From positions 186,001 through 250,000 of the forward strand of contig NW_027117341.1 in assembly GCF_038025025.1 (NCBI RefSeq): a stretch of DNA of 64,000 nucleotides, given 5' to 3'. Shown here in pieces: positions 1 to 12,876 of this stretch (position 1 is its first letter; each line of letters begins with the position of its first letter). This stretch comes from Phyllosticta citribraziliensis (Eukaryota). The notes beneath the pieces are model-generated. The model was not told where the DNA came from, ran no database searches, and saw nothing but the letters and a program-made list of their open reading frames with translations. Position numbers and translations under genes: made by a program.

Positions 1-572
1 GCCTGCCATTTTGGCCCCCTGCTGGCCTTCAGCCGAACGAGCAATTGTCGAATCAGTCAGCGACCCGCCTGACGTGCATGAGGGAAAGTCTAAAGAGGGA
101 GAGCCGTGGTGCGCATGGGGGCTGAATCGATACTTCGAGGCTGAGGCTGGACATGATCAGTCGCACAGACTGCGGGCGGCGTGCATGACGTTCGGCAACA
201 GGCTGTGCGGCATTCGAACAGATACATACAACTCGCAAGTCGTTAGGTTAGACAAGCAATGTCCAACAGACCAAAAAGACGACTAAGTAACTCACTGGAG
301 AATTAGTCCGCCGCTCTTAAACACGCACATTTCAGCCAGCCTGCAGGTCCACTTTTCTTCGATGCCGCCTCATCATGAGGCTGAAGACCGCAGGCGGAGG
401 ATTTTTGATATGATGTGATGCTTGATTCGCTTCCTTCATTGCTTCACTTCCATTTCCCTTTCTTTGCCTCCAACACTTTCCCTCCAACCCTCCCTCCCTC
501 CTTTTCCATACCATCCCATCCGACTCGACTACTGCCACGCATGCCCATCCATCTACTACCACACCACCCAAC

Positions 573-3303
573 CTACGCAGCCATCCAGCGATCATCATCG
601 TCCGCAACGTCCAGATTCTCCTGATGCTCCTGCTCCTGGTGGTGGTGCTGCTGCAGCGACTCAGCGCCGTCTGCAGCATCAACGTCGGCATCGGCATCAG
701 CTTCACCGCCGCCCATGGTGACGTCATCTGCTGTAGACGACGGGTCAAGCGGCTTTGCTGCCGTTGAGGGTAGAGATTCTGCGGGTACGGAAGAAGAAGA
801 CTCAGAGGGGGGAAGGAGTGAGATGGGAGGGTTGGGGGCCCAGGAGAGTGTGACGGGGCCGATGGAGGGGATGGAGGAGGTTTGGTGCATGAACTGCAGA
901 TGGACAGAATAAGCAACACCGTCTTGTTTTCAGGGGGAGAGGGGGCACTCACGTTCTCGGCGACGTAGCGCTCCTTGAATGCGACGACCTGCGCGTTCTT
1001 GGCGTCTGGATACGGCTCGACGCTTTCAAAATCAAAGTTGTTCTGCGGCAGGCATTCACGTCAGCCACATCCCACACAAGACGAGAGACCGGACCGGCAC
1101 TTACAAAGAGATGACTTCTCAACGCTTCGTCCCTCTCACCTGTCCACTCCCCGTCGCCCTCGCCAATCTTGACCACGACGCGCTTGGGCCGATTGTCAAG
1201 CCTCTTGACAGCACCAGCGCGAGCACCGCCATACGGCGACCCGCTGAAGCCGCCACGGCCGCGGTAAGAGCCCCTATGATACGATGAGTCGTAGCCTCTG
1301 CCACGCGGAGCCCAGGCGGCGCGGCCGCGAAAGGCACCGCGTCCGCCACGGCCACGGTGTGACGTCGAGCTGTACGGGTCGTCAGGGCTGAGCCCCATGC
1401 TCTCGGCTTCGGCTTCCAATTGCGCCAGCTTCAGCTTGAGGGCTTCCGTCTGCGAGCTCTTTTCCTCCGAGACAGGAGCCGAATCGCCGTCCTTTGCTGG
1501 GGCATCAGTCGAGGGAGACGCAGCTTTGGCGCTCGTAGGCGGCGAGGCGGACTTGGAAGCTTTGGACGACAGCATCTCGAGCAGCTTTTTGCGCTCTTCA
1601 GCGTGCGCTTTGAGCTTCTCTGCCACCTCGGCCTTTTGCTTTTCCGTCTCTTGCAGCTGCTTTTGCTTCTCGTCGTGTATCCTCTGCGCCTCTTCTTGTC
1701 GCCTCTTGACTTCCTCAATATCCACCATCTCCTCGTCAGGTTTTGCGGCATCATGTCCCTGTCCATTGGCGCCGTGGAACTCTTCCTTGTGCTGTTCCGG
1801 CTTGTACCAATATACCTTGACGAAGCGGTTGTCGAATATTACCTTTGGGCTGTCGTATGCGCGGCGGGCGGAGAAATAATCGTCATACTTGACCAGCGCA
1901 AGGCGCTTGTAAGGTTGCATCGAGATTTCTTCAATGTTGCCAAATTCAGAAAAGAATTCACGGACTGAATCCTCGTTAAACTTTTCTTCGGGAATCTGCT
2001 CGACGACAATCGTGGTGATGGAGCGGTCGTGGTTGGGTCCGGCAGAGGAAAAGGTGGCACGGCCACCACGGCCACGTCCACCCTCTCCACGGCCTCGGTG
2101 TCTCGAACCACGGCCGCGGTCTCCATTACGGCGATCAGAGCCATGGCCATTGAGGGCTCGCTCCGTGTCGATTGCGGCATTCTTTGGGTCGTATTCTAGA
2201 ATTCGAGAGTTAGTGACTGGAATGTCGTTTGGGTTGGCCGATGTTTGCTGCAATCCCAGGAATTGCAGACATCGCGGAGAAGAGTATATTGGAAACTGAG
2301 TCGCACCATCTGCGGGCACAATAATTGGATCTGTGCCGTGTTCAAAAGGGCAAATGCTGCCCAGGGCACAAAAGCCCTTGGTGTCGTAGTCGCGACACCT
2401 CTGTCCGATTCTAGCCGGAGGCTGTCCAGGCTGCGGAAAGCCTGGCTGTGGAGCACCCTGGCCGAAGCTGTTTGGTAGCTGTGGCATGCCAGGAATGTTT
2501 GGAGGCGCGATTCCCAGTGCCTGCATGGCAAGCATGGTGCTCATCGGATTGTTGGGGTCGAATTGGGGCAGTCCAGCAGGAGGGTTGGGCATGAGTGGCA
2601 TTTGAGATGCGTTCTGCGCAGGAGGCATGGAGAATTGTCCCAGTCCTGGCTGGCCCGCGATCCCAACGTCTCCACCCGCCCGTCCTCCACGGCCAGCTCC
2701 TCCCTGGTAGTTGCCTCTGCGCATTTGCTTCATGGCCCTGTCTCCGCCGACGCCACGACCGTAGTGAGAGTCTTGGACGTCGCGCTGTTCACTTCCTGCC
2801 CTGTCGCCCCATGTCCGCTTTCGCGACTGGTCGGCGTTATTGCTGGCGAAACCATTTTGGAACTGAAAGCTGGGCCTTCTGTTTGTGCTGGCGGGTCCAG
2901 TTGGTGGATTGAATGAAGGGCCGGTCGGCACGCTTGGTTGCGGTTGAGCAAGGTTATTCGAGGCGTCGAATGATTTCGTGCGAATCGCGTTCAGGACGTC
3001 GTCGACAAAGGGCGCGGCATCTGGCCGTGTCAGCAATTTTTGGTGGGCCATTTGGGATGCAAGGCTTACGGTCATGCAAAAAGTCCTCGAGGTTCTCCAA
3101 GCAGTTGGTTCTCACCTGCTCATCAGGGTCCTCGGACTTGACCAGAGCTAAAACATAGTCGGCAAGGACGTCAGAGTCTGCGTCAGAGCTGTTTTGGTCA
3201 GCGGTAGGAGCGGAGAGAGGGCAGGAAGCTGCGCGCACATGTCCTCCAGCCGCTTGACGATCCACTTCTTGAGCTGCGCGCTCTCTGCTTCCTCGATGTG
3301 CAT
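573..3303 (-). CDS. RBM26/RBM27 (Rmn1)-like RNA-binding protein: PWI + CCCH zinc finger + RRM, RGG-rich; multi-exon
   Basis: ATG at 3303 gives MHIEEAESAQLKKWIVKRLED, then SDADSDVLADYVLALVK (PWI-like). CCCH motif RCRDYDTKGFCALGSICPFEH; RRM IVVEQIPEEKFNEDSVREFFSEFGNI...FDNRFVKVYW. Last exon ends DDDDRWMAA* at 573. Confidence 0.88.
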
Positions 3304-3523
3304 CTTGGCGGCGGAATGGTGGAGCGTATCCCAACGCGACAGCTGTGTCGTGGGCGAGGAGGAAAAGGGTTGAAAGCTTCAAAAGCTATTCGCGACTCGG
3401 CATTGAATGGTTGAAGAGCTGTGGGCCAAACAGAGAGCTTTCGTGTGGCGTGCGGTGGTGGTGAAAGTGCTCGGCCCAAAAGTATCCAGAGACGCGATGA
3501 CGAAAATGCCGCCCGCGCCTGAG

Positions 3524-3537
3524 TCGTCACGTGACGA
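3524..3537. promoter_or_regulatory. 14-bp perfect palindrome TCGTCACGTGACGA containing a GTCACGTGAC bHLH (Cbf1-type) E-box
   Basis: Read directly, about 220 bp upstream of the RBM26-like ATG; function inferred from the motif only. Confidence 0.4.
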
Positions 3538-3907
3538 GCCTTTCGCCGCGGCATGCTTGTCCACCATTCACCTCCAAAGGTATCCTTTAAATTCACTCAT
3601 GGCTCTTTCATCACGTAGCAGGGCCAGCATTGTGTTCATGTCATTTCGATTTCTAGCGTCCTAGACACAAAAAAAGAATCATGCGGGAAAGAGGGCATCA
3701 CGTAGCATCATCTATCGGCCGGCCGCCGATCTGGTATATCCTGCAATGCCAATCATCCGTCATATCTCTAGTCCGAACCTTTTGAGATACCTATGCCCCC
3801 GTCGTTTCTTCATGAATGAGGACACGGATGATGAGCATCCCCGATGATGCCCCGAAGACCGGACACATGGGCGGAAAGGAAGTCTATCTTTTTTCGACAG
3901 AAACCCT

Positions 3908-6754
3908 TTAGAGCTTGTCGTAGTACTGCGACGTGTTAGCATCAAATTTGCAATCAAAGGACGGGTGCAACTTACGTTCTCGTAGCCGGGAACTTCGACC
4001 TTGATACCCTTCCTCTTGCGCATCTCCTCGACGACCTGGCCGGGCAGGGTGGTCTTGTCGAGAGGCGAACCACCGGGCAGAATCTGCCAGTGGTCGAAGA
4101 TTTGCTGGGGGAAGGCCTGGCCGGAGGTGTGGGAACGGAGGTCGGCGTTGAAACCGAACGACTCCTTGACGGGCAGGTAGGCCTTGACGTTGAACAGAGG
4201 AGTACCGGGGCGCTGGGCCTCCTCGAAGACGTGACCTCTCCTGCGGGTGAGGACACCGTAGATACCACCCATGGCCTGCTCGGGAACCTGGATTTCGACC
4301 AAGAAGACGGGCTCGAGCAGAGCGGGCTCGGCGAGCAGGGTAGCGGCGTACAGCACACGACGGGCAGTGGGGATGATCTGTCCACCACCACGGTGAATGG
4401 CATCGGCGTGGAGGGTGACATCCATGAGGTTGAAGCGGACGGAACGCATGGGCTCCTCGGCAACGGGACCTTCCTTGGTGGCCCACTGGAAACCAGAGAC
4501 GAAAGAGTCCTTGATTTCGTTGAGGTACTGGACGGCCTTGGTCTGGTCAACCAGGAGGTTGGCGCCGTTGGTGTCGGGACCGAAGCACCAAATCTTGCGG
4601 GCATCGGTGACATCCCAGCCGTGCTCGTCAGCAAGGTAGCGAGCGCGGGCCTTGAAGTCGTCACGGGGGCCGATCTTGCCGTCCTCGATGTCCTTGGAAA
4701 CTTCCTCTCCGAGGGGCTGAGCAATGACGTAGAGACGGTTGTGCTTGTTGGGCGACTTGGACAGAGCCTGGATGCGCGACTCGGCGCCGACGGTCTCACG
4801 GTACTGGACGACGGGGTCGGAGATGCGGAGAGGGACGCCGGCGTGGTCCTCCTCGAGATCCTTCAAGCAAATCTCGAGGTGGAGCTCACCAGCACCAGCA
4901 ACGACGTGCTCACCAGAGTCGGAGATGTAGGTAAGGACGCAAGGGTCCGACTTGGACAGACGCTTGAGACCTTCGACGAGCTTGGGCAGGTCGTTGGCGT
5001 TCTTGACCTCGACGGAGCGCTGGACAACGGGCGAGACGGAGAACTTCATGACCTTCATGTTGTGGGCAGTCTCGTCGGTGGTGAGGGTACCAGACTTGAG
5101 CAGGAACTGGTCGATACCGACGATACCGAGAATGTTACCGGCGGGAACATCCTCAATGGGCTCGACGAAACGACCCATCATGAGAATGGTACGCTGGATG
5201 GACTTGATGAACAGGTCCTCCTTCTTGCCAGGGGTGTAGTTGGGGCCCTGAATGCGGACCTTGATACCGGAACGGACGGTACCGGAGAAGATACGACCAA
5301 AGGCGTAGAAACGTCCCTTGTCCGAGGTGGGAACCATCTTGGAGACGTAGAGCATGAGAGGACCCTTGGGGTCACAGTCCCGGATACCAACGGCGTTGAC
5401 ATCGTCGTGGGGACCCTCGTACAGAGTCTCCATACGGTACTTTTGGGCCACAGCGGGCGAGGGAAGGTGGAGAATCATCATCTCCAGAAGGGCGTCGGCG
5501 GCAGGAAGGAACTTGCGCATGACAACCTTGAGGAGCTGCTTGCCCTCGAGGTCCTTCTCGTCCGAGGTGAGCTTGATCTCAAGCTTGTCGAGGATGGTGG
5601 GGATCTCCTCCTTCTTGAAGTTCATGACCGCGGTGAAGATGCGGAAGATGGGGTCCAGGATGAACTGGTTGAAGGCACGCTCGCCGTTTTCGGGCTGAGT
5701 CTTGGTCCACTTCTTGGTCTTGGGGTTGAAGTAGTTGTCGCCCTAGAAATGTCAGATGTGTTTTTCAGTGAAGATTTCCAGACTTACCCAGAGACGCTCC
5801 GACATCTTGGCCTTGTCGACACCAAACTTCTTGGCGTACCTCGAAGCGAACTGGCGGACGGTGAAGGCCCAGCCGTGAAGACCGGAACCGAAAGCGACGG
5901 TACCCTTCTCGGGGTAGACCTGGACGTCACCGAGGACCTTGTCGAAGTAGGTGGCAATGACGACGTTGACCGACTCAATGACACGGGAGAAGTTCTGGTA
6001 CAGGTCCTCCTTGGAGACCTGGAGCTCGAGCAGAGCACGGTCGACCTTGTTGATGATGACGACGGGCTTGATACGCTCACCAAGGGCCTGGCGCAGGACA
6101 GTCTCGGTCTGGACGCAGACACCCTCGACGGTGTCGACGACGACGAGCGCACCATCGGTGACACGCAGGGCAGCAGTGACCTCGGAGGAGAAGTCAACGT
6201 GACCAGGCGAGTCGATCAAGTTGATCAAGAACTCGTTCGTGTCGGTCTTGGCCTCCTTGATGTCCTCGGGGTCGTTGAGCTCGGCGTAGAGGGAGATGGC
6301 GGTCGACTTGATGGTGACACCACGCTCCTGCTCGTCGGGACGAGTGTCGGTGAAACGGGCCTCACCAGCCTTGGCGGCGGAGATGATACCAGCGCGCTGG
6401 ACGAGGGAGTCGGTAAGGGTGGACTTGCCGTGGTCGACTGTGGGTGGTGTCAGCGCGCGGCGCCTCTCGAGGGCGGCTCAATGGGCGCAACTTACCGTGG
6501 GCAATGACCGACATGTTACGAATGTTGGTCGGCTTGTCCATGAGACCACGGATCTTGATTCATGTTAGTATTGACGTCTTTGTGCGTGTCTCGTCGTCGG
6601 CGACGTACCTCCTCAACCGTGAAGCTGCGAAGATCATGTTAGCGCCAGTCTCAAAATTCGACCAGGGCAGCTACAGCGGCCGTTGCAGCGGCAGAAGCGC
6701 GCGACGGACAAGCTGATGAGGATGCGGACAGCTGGGGGCGACTTACTTGACCAT
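3908..6754 (-). CDS. EFT2: Translation elongation factor 2 (eEF2); multi-exon with N-terminal micro-exons
   Basis: Spliced start [38 protein letters not shown]3 motif [12 protein letters not shown]; diphthamide loop [13 protein letters not shown]; ends YYDKL* at 3908; strong codon bias. Confidence 0.98.
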
Positions 6755-7479
6755 CTTGGCGGTGGTGCGGTGGCTTGTCTGTGGTTGAAAATTTGCCTCT
6801 CTCGAGAAGATTACCCCGCTTCAGCGAAGGTGCAGGACTGCCTTGACGAAAGAGTCGTAAAGGAGTGCAGGTGGCAGAAGGGCGTAGTGTCAGTCGACAG
6901 AGCTCGCAAGGCCGACGGTGCCTTTTTAAATGGAACCCTTCGAGTAGATGTCGAGAGAGGTTTGCGGAGGAGACGGAGGGTTGGGCGCGCGGTGGGATGC
7001 TAGGTTTTACGCTTGGCCGCCAGAGAGCGAGTGGGGCTAGCGGCTGGCTTAGCGAGCGGCAACGGATTTCTTCACCGCGGCCCATTCCAGACACCACCAC
7101 CACCATCATCATCTAACCCTCTCGTCCATCGACGGTCATCCATCTCGCATCCACCTCTCATCCACCTCGTTCAAACCACCTCTGTGACTCACTCCTCCCT
7201 CGCCTTCCGACCACCCTCACCCTCACCCTCACCCTCACCTCTACCGCCACCACGGCTTTAACCCGCTAAGTCCGGTCCTCACTCTGGTCTGATCACGTCT
7301 GACCACCAAATTCATCGAATCGCCATTGTCTTTTTCCTGTGGACCGTCTGGCGCTACCATTGGGCCTCTTCCATCCCGTGCACGGCCACCCAGAGACCAC
7401 GGAAGGCTCAACAAAGACGCCTACTCGCCCAAACAAGTCTACAATTACCATGCTCCGATTCGTTCAACAGCCACAACCC

Positions 7480-9480
7480 TCACAGCCCAGCAATCTTGCC
7501 CTCCAACAACCGCTCCGCATTCCTCCCAAAAACACCATCCCTCTCCGCCTCTGACAAAAACTTTGCCCCCTTAATCGCCTCAACAGCTGGCCTGTACCAG
7601 GCCGGCCTGCCGTACGGATAGTCCTGCGTGATTGAGTCAATCGCCAAATCTGGAAATATGATCGCCCCGTCTCCACACTCCGCCAGCAGAGAAGCGCCCC
7701 CCCTCCTTACCGAGCCGAATGTGAGCTGGCTTTTTGGCACGTTGTACCCCAGCAAGCCTTGGACCTGGCTGGGATATGTTGGTCCTGCGCTGTCCCACCA
7801 GAACCTGATACGCCGCGTCAATTTGTGATTGCCTGCCTGGGCGAGCCGTGTCTTCACCTTGTGCGGTACGCCTCCATGGCCTCTTTGCTGAACTGCGGGT
7901 ACGACCGCAAGAACCGATCAATCAGTGACGGAAACGCGCCGCCGACTTGTGATACCGCGTAGTGGATCTTGGTAAAGTTGAAAAGAGTCTGTGTCAAGGT
8001 GAGGTCCATCAACGTGCGTCCAGTGTCGTAGTAAAATTCCGCAAGTGCACCAGAGTATTTTCCAGCAACTGACCATCGTCAGTCGTTGCTTCCTGCTCCT
8101 CGTTTCTATCCTTACACGGATTTGTAGAGACGAGCGACCCGTTGACATTCACCACCGGCTCGGTGGGGTGAATGTAGATTATCTCTCGAGAGCTTTTCCT
8201 GTTGTTCAAATTCTCGAAGAACGGTTTGAAGTCAGCATCTCCCAAATACTTGCCTGCATGGCTTGACAAGAGACCGACTCCCACGGCGCCAAGGGAGTCG
8301 AGTGCGTAGTTTGCCTCACGGACGCTTCAACTTTCAGTAAATTGTCGACGCACAAAACAAAACTTACGCAGCATCCGTGTACGGAAGAGGAATGACAGCG
8401 AAAAAGGAAAACTTGTCTGGGTACGTTTCGACAAGCTTCTCCAGTCAGCATCCTCTCTCGTCCAAACTCCACGATCTTACAGCCGCCATCCACTATCCCT
8501 CGTCAGCAACGTCCTACGCCTAGCAATGCCTCCCTCACCTCATTCAGCAGCCTCGCAATAGCAATGGTCTTCTTCTCATCCTGCAAATAGACGAGCGCCC
8601 CCGGCGTCGACACAGACACGACACTCCGTTTGATATCTGCATGCGCCCATCAATCGCCCACTCGACCTGCCTTTGCGTGACCTACTACTCACCATAATCC
8701 GCCATGAAGCGCATCGCGCTCAGCGCATCCCACTCGGGCGTCGGCATGCCGCTCGTGTCGGGCAAGATCTGGCGGTACCATTCGGGCAGGACGTGGACTG
8801 CGCGGTACGCCCAACCAAGGTCAGCCTTCCATTCAGCCACCCCTTAACCAGCAACCAGCAACCAGCAACCAGCAGCCAGCCAGCCAGCCAGCCAGCTCCT
8901 GGCCAACCGGGCAGTCATCACCGTCGCCGTCGTTGTCTCAAACGGGACACCGCACGAGAAACCAAACTATACCAAACCAGCCCAACTCAACTCAACACAA
9001 CAGTCACCATACGTACCATGGAGATCAACTTTCGCCTTCGGCCTGTCCTTATCCTTATCCTCATTCTGCGGTTGCGGTTGCGGAAGCGCAGACGCATCTA
9101 CCGGCCGCGCCACAGCTTCGACCGCCGCCAGCGCTGCGGCGCCGAAGGGCAGTGTGTCGATGTCGATGCCATCTGATCATGCCGTTTGACGCGTCAGCCA
9201 CGCTCTCTTTCACTCAGTCGCTCCCAGCCCGCATCTTCACGCGCGACAAAAGCATTGACGACGGTGAAATTGACGCACCTGCGCTTGCCCTCTCTTTGAT
9301 CCTCGTGATGTTTATCTTGATGTTGACACCTGTCGCGCGTTTCTCCGCCCGCGCCATCGCCTCGGAGGAGGAGGAGAATGGAAAGCGAGCATGTGGGCGC
9401 GCAGAAGCGAGAGCAGCGAACGCGCACAGCAGCGACAGTAGCGACAGAGCGCGCGGGAAGTGTGGGAGGGTCGGAAGCAT
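7480..9480 (-). CDS. Amidohydrolase_2 family (ACMSD/aromatic decarboxylase-like) protein with predicted signal peptide; about 9 exons
   Basis: Exons joined by hand stay in frame: MLPTLPHFPRALSLLSLLCAFAALASA...KVDLHVHVLPEWY...SVSTPG...IARLLNE-WMAA-LVETYPDKFSFFAVIPLP...YLGDADF...IYIHP...EFYYDTGR...FGS-DYPY...RNAERLL. Metal ligands HxH, H(P) and D are present. Confidence 0.85.
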
Positions 9481-9864
9481 GTTGGCCGGCCGCTGTAGAC
9501 AAGAAAGGGAGTGAGGTAGCAGGTAGGCGAGTGGGTATGACGGTATGACGCGAGAAGTGCGCGGACGGAAGATTTGAGGTGGAATGCTAGACGTGCTATC
9601 TACCTGTATCTAAATGAACAGCTGTGCTGTACTAGGCGCTTGGCCCTCCGTGGTGTGCTCTTGCCGAGGAGGAAATATCCTACAGGTTTATGTGTATGCA
9701 TGTATGTAGCAGGGAGCTAGCCGCCTCCGCCATCGATCATCCATGCAAAAGTACATGTACCTGTGCATAATGCAGCTTATTCCTTCCGTCCACACATCAA
9801 CAGTCCAGCTATACGCATGCAGCGTAGATTGTTGACCGCGGCCAAGATGCCTCTATTTGTGCTT

Positions 9865-9912
9865 AGGTAGGTAGGTAAGTAGGTAGGTAGGTAGGTAGAT
9901 AGGTATGTAGGT
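9865..9912. repeat. (TAGG)n tetranucleotide microsatellite, imperfect
   Basis: taggtaggtaggtaagtaggtaggtaggtaggtagataggtatgtagg read directly. Confidence 0.85.
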
Positions 9913-10315
9913 TCTTACTGCAGCTTAAAGTCAAGCTTGCATGTGCTAGGCTGAATAAGGCAGCTGCACTGCGCTGCGCGCACATGACGAATCGTCTAGT
10001 TGCTCAAGATCGCTACAGGGGATCTCTTACTGTGTCAAGAGGCTTCGCAGCCAATAAACTACGTCCTTACTCGACTACATGTCCATTTATCCCTATGCCT
10101 CCATGTAAACGTATACCTCCACACTTCCCTACATGCAGAGCAAAATGGCAACACGAGACGCGGAGAGGGGAGAGCAGATCAGAGCAGAGCACAGCAGGGT
10201 TGGAATGGTCGGTGATTAACGAGAGAGGTATGTTTGTTACAGACGGTATATGAATACATGTGGTACTTGGGTACAAGTAGATAAGCAAAGACATTGAAGC
10301 GCACACAAGCGTCGC

Positions 10316-10912
10316 CTACAACCTGCAAAAATGACCATGCTGCGACAGCTCCTCCGGACACAGCAGCTGCATGCCGCGGCACCGATCGCACCTGGGACAC
10401 CTGCTGCGACGATTGCCGGCAGACCGCGCAAACGCCAGAGTCGTGTGATGCAGCATCTCCTCAAGGTACAGCTCGGCCTCGGCCTGCAGGCGCGGGATGA
10501 GGCACTGCTTCGCGACGACGAGCATCTCCTTCATCTGCGACAGCGTGAGGCCGCACCAGAAGGCGCGGTAGGCGCGCGGCGGCGCGTCGAGGCAGTACTG
10601 GCGGCGCTCGCGGTCGGACGGGCGGACCAAGTCGAGCGGCGAGGGCATGCTGCTGCTGCTGGTGGTGTCGGCCGGGTACGGGTTGGGGCTCACCGACAGC
10701 GGGTGCGACATGCACCACGCGATCAGCGCGGCGGCCGTGGCTTGCGATACAGTCTCCGGCAGCGGGACGGCCATTCGCGAGAAGGTCTTGCGGCCTTCGG
10801 TGGGCGTGCCGCGGAGGACGCCGAAGTGCTTCCAGACGCGCGGCGCCATTTCGAAGTGCCCGCCGTCGGTGGTGGTCAGGGTGATCATGGTGGTTTCGAT
10901 TCCGTGGACCAT
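10316..10912 (-). CDS. Divergent Skp1/Elongin-C-like BTB/POZ protein with Cys/His-rich tail
   Basis: ATG at 10912 in an AAAATGG context. ITLTTTDGGHFEM, VPLPETVSQATAAALIAWCMSH and MKEMLVVAKQCLIPRL parallel Skp1 blocks (xLxSSDGxxFxV; VPLPNVxxxxLxKVIxWCxHH; LFELILAANYLDIxxL). Single exon, coding-like GC bias. Confidence 0.6.
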   Translation of the reverse strand: MVHGIETTMITLTTTDGGHFEMAPRVWKHFGVLRGTPTEGRKTFSRMAVPLPETVSQATAAALIAWCMSHPLSVSPNPYPADTTSSSSMPSPLDLVRPSDRERRQYCLDAPPRAYRAFWCGLTLSQMKEMLVVAKQCLIPRLQAEAELYLEEMLHHTTLAFARSAGNRRSRCPRCDRCRGMQLLCPEELSQHGHFCRL

Positions 10913-12120
10913 TTTTGCAGAGGTGAGGGTTGTTTGTTGTGGTGGTGGTGTTTTAAGGGTTGCGGACTGCGACGGGTTAGCTGTGCTGCTTCCACTGAGT
11001 TCTTGGAGCACGCCGAGACTTACAGAGTTGACTTTGCTTTGAAGGTTTGTTGGTCGTTCGTAGTGTGAAGGCTGTTGTTGTTCGAAGTCGAGTCTGAAGG
11101 CAGAAGGTGAAATGGTAAAGAAATTTGGGGGGAGAGAGTTTGATTTATAGAAGAGAGTAGCAAGTAGTTGGGGAGGCTAACAGTTCCGACTGGAAGACGA
11201 TTATCAGGGCTCTGCTGCTGTTTGGATCCCTTGCCATGATGCTACGTGGTAGACATCGTCCTTAACAATGTCGGGGAAGCGGGCGCACCAATCTTGCTTG
11301 AATGCTGAACTCTGGTAACGCAGGTTGGACCTCCCGCGTGACTTGAAGACGTTGGAATTATGACTGTTTCTTGAGGACGAAGGCAATAACGACCGATTCC
11401 TTGCTTTTGCTACTTTGGTAGATGTCTTGGAGTGCCCATGTAAAGTAAATGCGGAGGACATGGTCCTCAGGTACCGTAAGACGTGAAGAAACAGCAGCAC
11501 TCATCTGTCGGCTCGAAACAGACGGAACGAAAGTAAAACGTTTGAAATGAAATGGCAGTGAGTGGTTCGACCTGGAAAACAAGGCTCAACGATACATCCG
11601 ACTGGAACGCGTATTTTGGGGTTGGGAGCTCGGAGGTGAAAATGGGTTCAATCGTTTGAGAGTTCAAACATTTAGACCTTGATCTCGCACTGTTAGCATT
11701 TGCGGTTGTGTGACAGTAGCGGCATGATTCAGTGGGCATTTTCCCATGTGGCCTTGATGAAAGCATTGTGATCCGGATGTGTTGAGGTGATGAAGTGTCG
11801 TGGAGTTGAGTTCTGTCCGGTTGCCCTCACATGCAGCCAGCCACCCCGCGTCATCCCTGGCCCAAGCTCCCAAGCTCTCCCCCACGGCCCCACTGTGCTG
11901 GACTGCACCTCCCCCCGGCAGTCTCTTTCCTGTCACCACAAGAGCGACCTTTGCCATGGGCAGCCATTGCTCGGCCAATCCATCTCTCATCCTCGACAAC
12001 ATCTCGACGTCTCGACCTCCGCACCATCAGCTCAACTGTCAGTCTCTCATCTTTTGAACATCCGTTATCCACCAAACCAAACCACAACGCGACTCGACTC
12101 GACTCGACTCGAAAAACACC

Positions 12121-12876
12121 ATGGCTCCCCGCCTTCAGAATGTCACGCTCGACCGAATCCCGTCCGTGTCATATCTCTACCAGGCCACTGTCCCCATCCC
12201 TCCGCCACTCAGGAACCTTCGTCCCTGGACCGCCTCACCCGTCGCCGCGAATCCCAATGCCGCCTTCAACGAAAAAATCGGCCTCATCAACGCCGACGTG
12301 ACGAGCATGACGATCGACGCCATTGTCAACGCCGCCAACGTGCGGCTGGCAGGCGGCGGCGGCATCGACGGCGCCATCCACTACCACGCCGGCCACGAGC
12401 TCCACCAGGCCTGCGTCGCCATGCCCACCGACAAAGACGGCGCCCGCTGCCGGACCGGCGAGGCCAAAATCACCGACGGCTTCGAGCTGCCGTGCAAGAA
12501 GATCATCCACACGCCTGGCCCGATCTGGTACGACATTGCAGACAAGACGCGGGCGGCGGCGCTGCTGCGCTCGTGCTACCGCTCCAGCTTGGACCTCGCG
12601 GTCCAGAACGGCTGCAGGAGCATCGTCTTTCCGCCCATCAGCACGAATATCTACGGGTACCCGCGTGCCGAGGCGGCCGATGTGGCGCTGGGCGCGGTGC
12701 GTGGCTGGCTGGAGGAGAAGGGTCCCGATGTGCCCATCGACGCGATTGTCTTCACCAACGTCGACATGCCCGACATGACCGCCTACCTTCACTTCATTCC
12801 CAAGTACTTCCCGCATACTTCACCGCTCGCTGAGGACGACGAGGCACCGGAGGCACCGGCCGAGAAGAAGCACTAG
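12121..12876 (+). CDS. Macro domain protein (MacroD-type ADP-ribose/O-acetyl-ADP-ribose hydrolase-like), intronless
   Basis: DAIVNAANVRLAGGGGIDGAIH, GEAKITDGFELPCKKIIHTPGP, SIVFPPISTNIYGYP. Confidence 0.92.
   Translation: MAPRLQNVTLDRIPSVSYLYQATVPIPPPLRNLRPWTASPVAANPNAAFNEKIGLINADVTSMTIDAIVNAANVRLAGGGGIDGAIHYHAGHELHQACVAMPTDKDGARCRTGEAKITDGFELPCKKIIHTPGPIWYDIADKTRAAALLRSCYRSSLDLAVQNGCRSIVFPPISTNIYGYPRAEAADVALGAVRGWLEEKGPDVPIDAIVFTNVDMPDMTAYLHFIPKYFPHTSPLAEDDEAPEAPAEKKH

Noticed and set aside
4090..6507. 805-aa ORF antisense to EF-2
   Set aside because: Shadow ORF from strong codon bias of a highly expressed gene; no domain motifs. The same applies to antisense ORFs over BMS1, ACH1, TMS1 and medA.
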